Part shown: one piece after another, positions 59,157-63,486 of the stretch
Layout of the letters: the number at the start of each line of letters is the position of its first letter
Numbering within the stretch: the first letter of the stretch is position 1
NCBI GenBank assembly: GCA_964608215.1
Contig: CAZSMV010000003.1
Span: 1 to 63,486 of the forward strand
Direction of reading: 5' to 3'
DNA from: an uncultured Staphylococcaceae bacterium
GTDB taxonomy: Bacteria; Bacillota_I; Bacilli_A; RFN20; CAG-826
DNA: 63,486 nt
Program-made: the position numbers and the translations under genes
The notes under the pieces: model-generated
What the model was told of the DNA's origin: nothing
Database searches by the model: none
The model's input: only the letters and a program-made list of their open reading frames with translations

Positions 59157-60721
59157 TATTTAGCAGTTTCTATCGCACGATATTCACGAATGACATTAAC
59201 CTTAATTTGTCCAGGGAAAGTCATTTCATTTTCAATCTTTTCTTTTATGTCGTGCGCCATCTTAAACGCTTGAAGATCGTCAATTTTTTCTGGAATAACC
59301 ATAACTCTAACTTCTCTTCCAGATTGCATAGCATAACATTGAGATACACCATCAAAACCTTTGCATATATTTTCAAGTTGTTCAATTCTCTTAATATATG
59401 TTTCGAGTGTTTCACTACGAGCACCAGGTCTTGCAGCACTTAAAGTATCAGCTGCAGCTACTAAAATACTTGTAAGATATTTAGGAGCGCAATCACCATG
59501 GTGAGATTCAATTGAATTGATAACTACATCAGGCTCACCATATTTTTTACAAAGTCTTGAACCAATTTCGACGTGACTTCCTTCAATTTCAAAATCAGCA
59601 GCCTTGCCAATATCATGAAGTAAACCAGCACGTTTAGCCATATTTTGATCTAAACCAAGTTCAGCAGCCATCATTCCACAAATTTGAGCAGTTTCAATAC
59701 TATGTTCTAATTGATTTTGACCATAACTTGTTCTATATCTTAATTTACCAACATAGAACATAAGTTCTTTATCCATTCTTCCAATACCAAGTTTAAATAC
59801 AGCATCTTGTCCTGCTTTACGAATAACTTCATCAACTTCTTTTTGACATTTTGCAACAACTTCTTCAATTCTACCTGGTTGAATTCTTCCATCTTTAACA
59901 AGAATTTGGAGAGCGCGTGATGCAACTTCTCTACGAATTGGGTTAAAACAACTTATCGTTATTGCTTCAGGCGTATCATCAATAATGATATCAACACCTA
60001 GTAATTGTTCGAGTGATTTAATATTTCTACCTTCACGACCAATGATTCTGCCTTTCATTTCATCGCTTGGAAGAGAAATTACATTAACAGTTCTTTCTGT
60101 TGTAACTTCTTGAGCATCTCTAAACATAGCATTAGCTAATATTTGCTTTGCTTTTTCATCGGCTTCTTGCTCAGCTTCATCTTCTCTATTTTTCATGTAT
60201 TGAGCAATTTCACGATTGTACCTTTCTTCAACTCTTTTAAAAATTTCAGATTTTGCTTCTTCAGTTGACATTTTAGCAACTTTTTGAAGTTCATTAATAA
60301 TGCTGTCAATTTTCTCTTGTAATACAGCATCTTTCTTTTTGTTTTCTTCAATACCCTTATCAATTAACTTTTCTTTTTCATCAAGAGCATTTTCTTTTTG
60401 AGTTAAAGAATTATCCCTTTGATTAATAAGTTGTTCTCTTTGATTAAGTTTGTTTTCTTGTACGACAACATCCTGCTTTCTTTCTTTAATGTCTCTTTCT
60501 GCTTCTTGCTTCATCTCAAATATTGTCTGTTTTGCATCAATTTCCGCATTTTTCAAAACATGCTCAGCTTTAATTTGAGCTTCATTTAATATTTTATCGG
60601 CATCATGTTTTGCTTTTTTCTCTTTAAATTTTGGAGAAAAAATCAAAAATAACACACCAATACCAACGCCTGCAAATAAGCACAAAAGAGATATAGCTAA
60701 AGTAGTGTACCATTCTAGCAT
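59156..60721 (-). CDS. rny: Ribonuclease Y
   Basis: N-terminal TM, coiled coil, KH domain KGRIIGREGRNI, HD motif LLHDIGK. Confidence 0.97.
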   Translation of the reverse strand: MLEWYTTLAISLLCLFAGVGIGVLFLIFSPKFKEKKAKHDADKILNEAQIKAEHVLKNAEIDAKQTIFEMKQEAERDIKERKQDVVVQENKLNQREQLINQRDNSLTQKENALDEKEKLIDKGIEENKKKDAVLQEKIDSIINELQKVAKMSTEEAKSEIFKRVEERYNREIAQYMKNREDEAEQEADEKAKQILANAMFRDAQEVTTERTVNVISLPSDEMKGRIIGREGRNIKSLEQLLGVDIIIDDTPEAITISCFNPIRREVASRALQILVKDGRIQPGRIEEVVAKCQKEVDEVIRKAGQDAVFKLGIGRMDKELMFYVGKLRYRTSYGQNQLEHSIETAQICGMMAAELGLDQNMAKRAGLLHDIGKAADFEIEGSHVEIGSRLCKKYGEPDVVINSIESHHGDCAPKYLTSILVAAADTLSAARPGARSETLETYIKRIEQLENICKGFDGVSQCYAMQSGREVRVMVIPEKIDDLQAFKMAHDIKEKIENEMTFPGQIKVNVIREYRAIETAK

Positions 60722-60746
60722 TTTAAAAATCTCCTTTCGCTAAGAA

Positions 60747-60852
60747 GTATCGTAGGAAAAGTATAAAATTTACGTTATATCGTTATCTATTAGTCAAATT
60801 ACAATAAATGAAAATATATATTAAGTATCCTGGCGATACCTTTAAAATTATA
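60747..60852 (-). promoter_or_regulatory. rny extended -10 promoter and structured 5' leader
   Basis: TGtTATAAT at 60847-60855 (minus strand); GUAUCG-CC-AGGA pairs with UCCU-A-CGAUAC about 80 nt downstream. Confidence 0.55.
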
Positions 60853-60927
60853 ACAAAGGAAATTTATATATTCTATATAAATTACTAAAAAATCACTAAA
60901 ACTTATGAATATTAAATAGAAATTTTG

Positions 60928-61995
60928 CTAATTCTTTTTATAGAAATTATCATCCAATTCTTTCGTATCATCTTCAAAGGTTTTTTCAATCTTTTTGTTC
61001 ATTGCTTCACCTGTAACAATTTCTTTTTTAAGTCGATCGAATACATCTGGATTTTCTGCTAAATAAAGTTTTGCGGTATCTCTTCCTTGCCCCATTCTAT
61101 CACCATAGACTTCATACCATGAGCCGGCTTTCTTTACAATTCCCATTTGAATGCCAAGATCCAAAAGTTCACCTTCCTTTGAAATGCCCTTACCATAAAT
61201 AATATCTAATTTGCATGATTTAAAAGGTGGAGCAACTTTATTCTTTACTACCTTAACACATACAGTATTTCCAACAAAATTAACGCCTTGTTTGATAGCT
61301 TCTGTTCTTCTAATATCTAACCTAATGCTTGAATAAAATTTAAGTGCGCGACCACCTGTAGTAACTTCAGGACTTCCATAAATTACACCAACTTTTTCTC
61401 TTAATTGATTAATAAAAATAACTGTACAATTGCCTTTATTTAAAACAGCGGTTATTTTTCTTAAAGCTTTTGACATCAATCTAGCAAGAAGACCGACCTG
61501 ATTATCAATCATCATCCCATCAACTTCAGCTTGTGGAACAAGTGCGGCTACGCTATCAACAACAATCAATTTAAATGCTCCAGATTTTGCAAGCATCTCC
61601 ACAATTTGAAGTGCTTGTTCGCCAGAATCAGGCTGACTTAAAATAAGCTCATCAATATTTACACCTAAATTTTTTGCGTAAGTTGGATCAATTGATTGTT
61701 CTGCATCTATAAATGCACATCTTCCTCCATTTTTTTGAGTTTCTGCAATTGCTGTAAGTGCGAGGGTTGTTTTGCCACTACTTTCAGGACCATAAATTTC
61801 AACTATTCTCCCTAATGGGTAACCTCCACATCCAAGACAATCATCAAGTAATATTGAACCGCTCGATAAAACTTCAGTATTGACTTTAGGTCTATCGCCT
61901 AAAACCATTACAGAACCGCGCCCAAAAGAGTGCTCAATATCACTCAAAACAGCTTTTAAAGTCTCATCATAAAGTTTTTTTGTGTCATCTTTCAT
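60928..61995 (-). CDS. recA: Recombinase RecA
   Basis: [40 protein letters not shown]. Start MKDD follows a GGAGG RBS. Confidence 0.98.
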   Translation of the reverse strand: MKDDTKKLYDETLKAVLSDIEHSFGRGSVMVLGDRPKVNTEVLSSGSILLDDCLGCGGYPLGRIVEIYGPESSGKTTLALTAIAETQKNGGRCAFIDAEQSIDPTYAKNLGVNIDELILSQPDSGEQALQIVEMLAKSGAFKLIVVDSVAALVPQAEVDGMMIDNQVGLLARLMSKALRKITAVLNKGNCTVIFINQLREKVGVIYGSPEVTTGGRALKFYSSIRLDIRRTEAIKQGVNFVGNTVCVKVVKNKVAPPFKSCKLDIIYGKGISKEGELLDLGIQMGIVKKAGSWYEVYGDRMGQGRDTAKLYLAENPDVFDRLKKEIVTGEAMNKKIEKTFEDDTKELDDNFYKKN

Positions 61996-62054
61996 TAAAA
62001 TTTGCCTCCACACTAGTAATATGTAGGGAATTTCAAAAATTTATCAAAAATTTT

Positions 62055-62708
62055 TCATTTTTCGTAAAAAACTTCTTTATTGTCTTTGAGATAAATGATT
62101 CCACCTATCAAGGAAGTTAAAGTAGTTAAATAACAAATGAAATCCGTTATATGAAGATAAGTTGGCCAATTTCCATCAAAATAACTAAATGGCCAACCAT
62201 TTAAAAATACAAGAGAAATTGCAAACATTTGAAGAACAGTCTTTGCTTTTCCCCAATAATTAGCTGCTAAAACAACATTTTTTGTAGCTGCCATGAATCT
62301 TAAACCATCAACAACTAAATCTCTAATAATCATTAAGACGACACAAAACCATGGAAATTTTAGTGCATCTTGCGTACTTAAAAAATTAAGAGATAAAAAG
62401 ACCATAACTGAATTTATAAGCATCTTATCAGCAATTGGATCTAAAAATTTTCCAAGATCTGTAATTTGATTATTTTTTCTAGCTAAATATCCATCTAAAA
62501 AATCAGTAATGCTAGCAATTAAAAAAACTAACCAAAAAATGAGCATCAAGGTATTCAATGTAACTCCACCAAAATTAAAGTTATAATCTACAACACTAAA
62601 AACTTTAAATTGATCGAGTAAATAGCAAACTATTAAAGCAATAATTAAAAGACCGCTAATAATAATTCTCGAAATAGTAATTTTTGTAGGTAAATTAATT
62701 TTTTTCAT
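62055..62708 (-). CDS. pgsA: CDP-diacylglycerol--glycerol-3-phosphate phosphatidyltransferase
   Basis: NLPTKIT, TDFLDGYLARK..QITDLGKFLDPIADK. Confidence 0.94.
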   Translation of the reverse strand: MKKINLPTKITISRIIISGLLIIALIVCYLLDQFKVFSVVDYNFNFGGVTLNTLMLIFWLVFLIASITDFLDGYLARKNNQITDLGKFLDPIADKMLINSVMVFLSLNFLSTQDALKFPWFCVVLMIIRDLVVDGLRFMAATKNVVLAANYWGKAKTVLQMFAISLVFLNGWPFSYFDGNWPTYLHITDFICYLTTLTSLIGGIIYLKDNKEVFYEK

Positions 62709-62726
62709 AACAATTTAATAGAGTAA

Positions 62727-63062
62727 TTCAGTCAATAAGCCATGTTCTGTCAAGTGCAATCATTAATCTAAGATTTCTCTTACTATCAAACTTTCATTTC
62801 AGTTTTCTAGTTTCCCCTACCAATTAATTTGGGTTTCTTGCTTATGGAGTTTACCAACGTTTCATTTTGCAATTTCTTGCAAATTCGTCACTGTGGCACT
62901 TTAAGTTATTAAATCATGACCGAAGTTTTAGATTCTCTAACGTCGTTACTAGCTCCCTAGTACCTAGTTTTATTTTTTAAACTAGCATAATCACTACTCT
63001 CATCGCAGAGAGTGCAAGCATGGACTTTCCTCTAGCATATGCTAGCGATTGCATAGACTGAA
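62727..63062 (-). ncRNA. rnpB: RNase P RNA, type B
   Basis: GAGGAAAGUCCAUGCU, AAAGUGCCACAGUGACG, GUAAACUCCA, AAACCCAAAU, ACAGAACAUGGCUUA; P1 UUCAGUC/GACUGAA; downstream of gpsB. Confidence 0.95.
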
Positions 63063-63064
63063 AG

Positions 63065-63415
63065 TTATTTAATTTTACTTGGATCGACTCCTAATTCATA
63101 GAGCTTGTTTTCATAAGCACTAATCTTTTTTAGCAACTCAAGATTGTCAAGACGTGAATAATCATTTACAACGAAAGTTTGCTTAGATTTTTTAACATTT
63201 AGCGCTTTCAATGTTTCAATTTCATTAACTAACTTTTGATTTTCCTTTTTCAATTCGTTCACTTTATCATTTAAATTAATTACAACATTATCAATAACTT
63301 TGTAATCTTTTAAAACATTATCAAGAAAGGTATCTACCTCTAATGGATCGTACCCCTTAACATTTTTGTTGAATTCTTTGTTTAAAATATCTTTACTAGT
63401 TAATAAAAGTTTCAT
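63065..63415 (-). CDS. gpsB: DivIVA-domain cell-cycle protein GpsB
   Basis: LTSKDILNKEF..NVKGYD..EVDTFLD and terminal LLKKISAYE. Confidence 0.85.
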   Translation of the reverse strand: MKLLLTSKDILNKEFNKNVKGYDPLEVDTFLDNVLKDYKVIDNVVINLNDKVNELKKENQKLVNEIETLKALNVKKSKQTFVVNDYSRLDNLELLKKISAYENKLYELGVDPSKIK

Positions 63416-63486
63416 AATTTTTCTTAATTCCTGACAAATTATATTATAGAAGAATGTATCTTTTTCTTCAATTATTCAAATTGAAA

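Overview
This is a very AT-rich bacterial chromosome segment read in standard code 11. Gene content and order (rpoE delta subunit, rny-ymdB-miaB-ymcA, gpsB-rnpB with a type-B RNase P RNA, class II fba, Mycoplasma-like Opp proteins with large insertions) point to a low-GC Bacilli/Mollicutes-adjacent lineage; this placement is inference. From 1 to 22.6 kb lies a peptide-foraging locus: oppABCDF with very large OppA/OppC/OppD, a DUF3899-like membrane protein, three intact tandem membrane-anchored subtilisin/lactocepin-like proteases, and the decayed 5' end of a fourth. That remnant stops at a 23-bp tandem array in front of an AAA+/DUF4143 nuclease-like gene. From 23 to 43 kb there is a solo tyrosine integrase converging on a frameshifted pcp gene with an (AT)22 tract, a two-component system with CiaR-type boxes, housekeeping genes and a five-tRNA operon. 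From 43.3 to 48.2 kb is an accessory island: a DUF4417 / putative toxin / putative immunity operon, an XRE regulator and a decayed IS110 element. The IS110 5' non-coding end shows bridge-RNA-like architecture with guide matches to its own flank and right end, and a second, orphan copy of that end lies 4.7 kb away. From 48.3 to 63.5 kb are cspA, two fused ABC ATPase-permease paralogs, fhs, tRNA-modification genes, rny, recA, pgsA, rnpB and gpsB. No CRISPR array or rRNA was seen. All alignments and RNA structures were done by eye.
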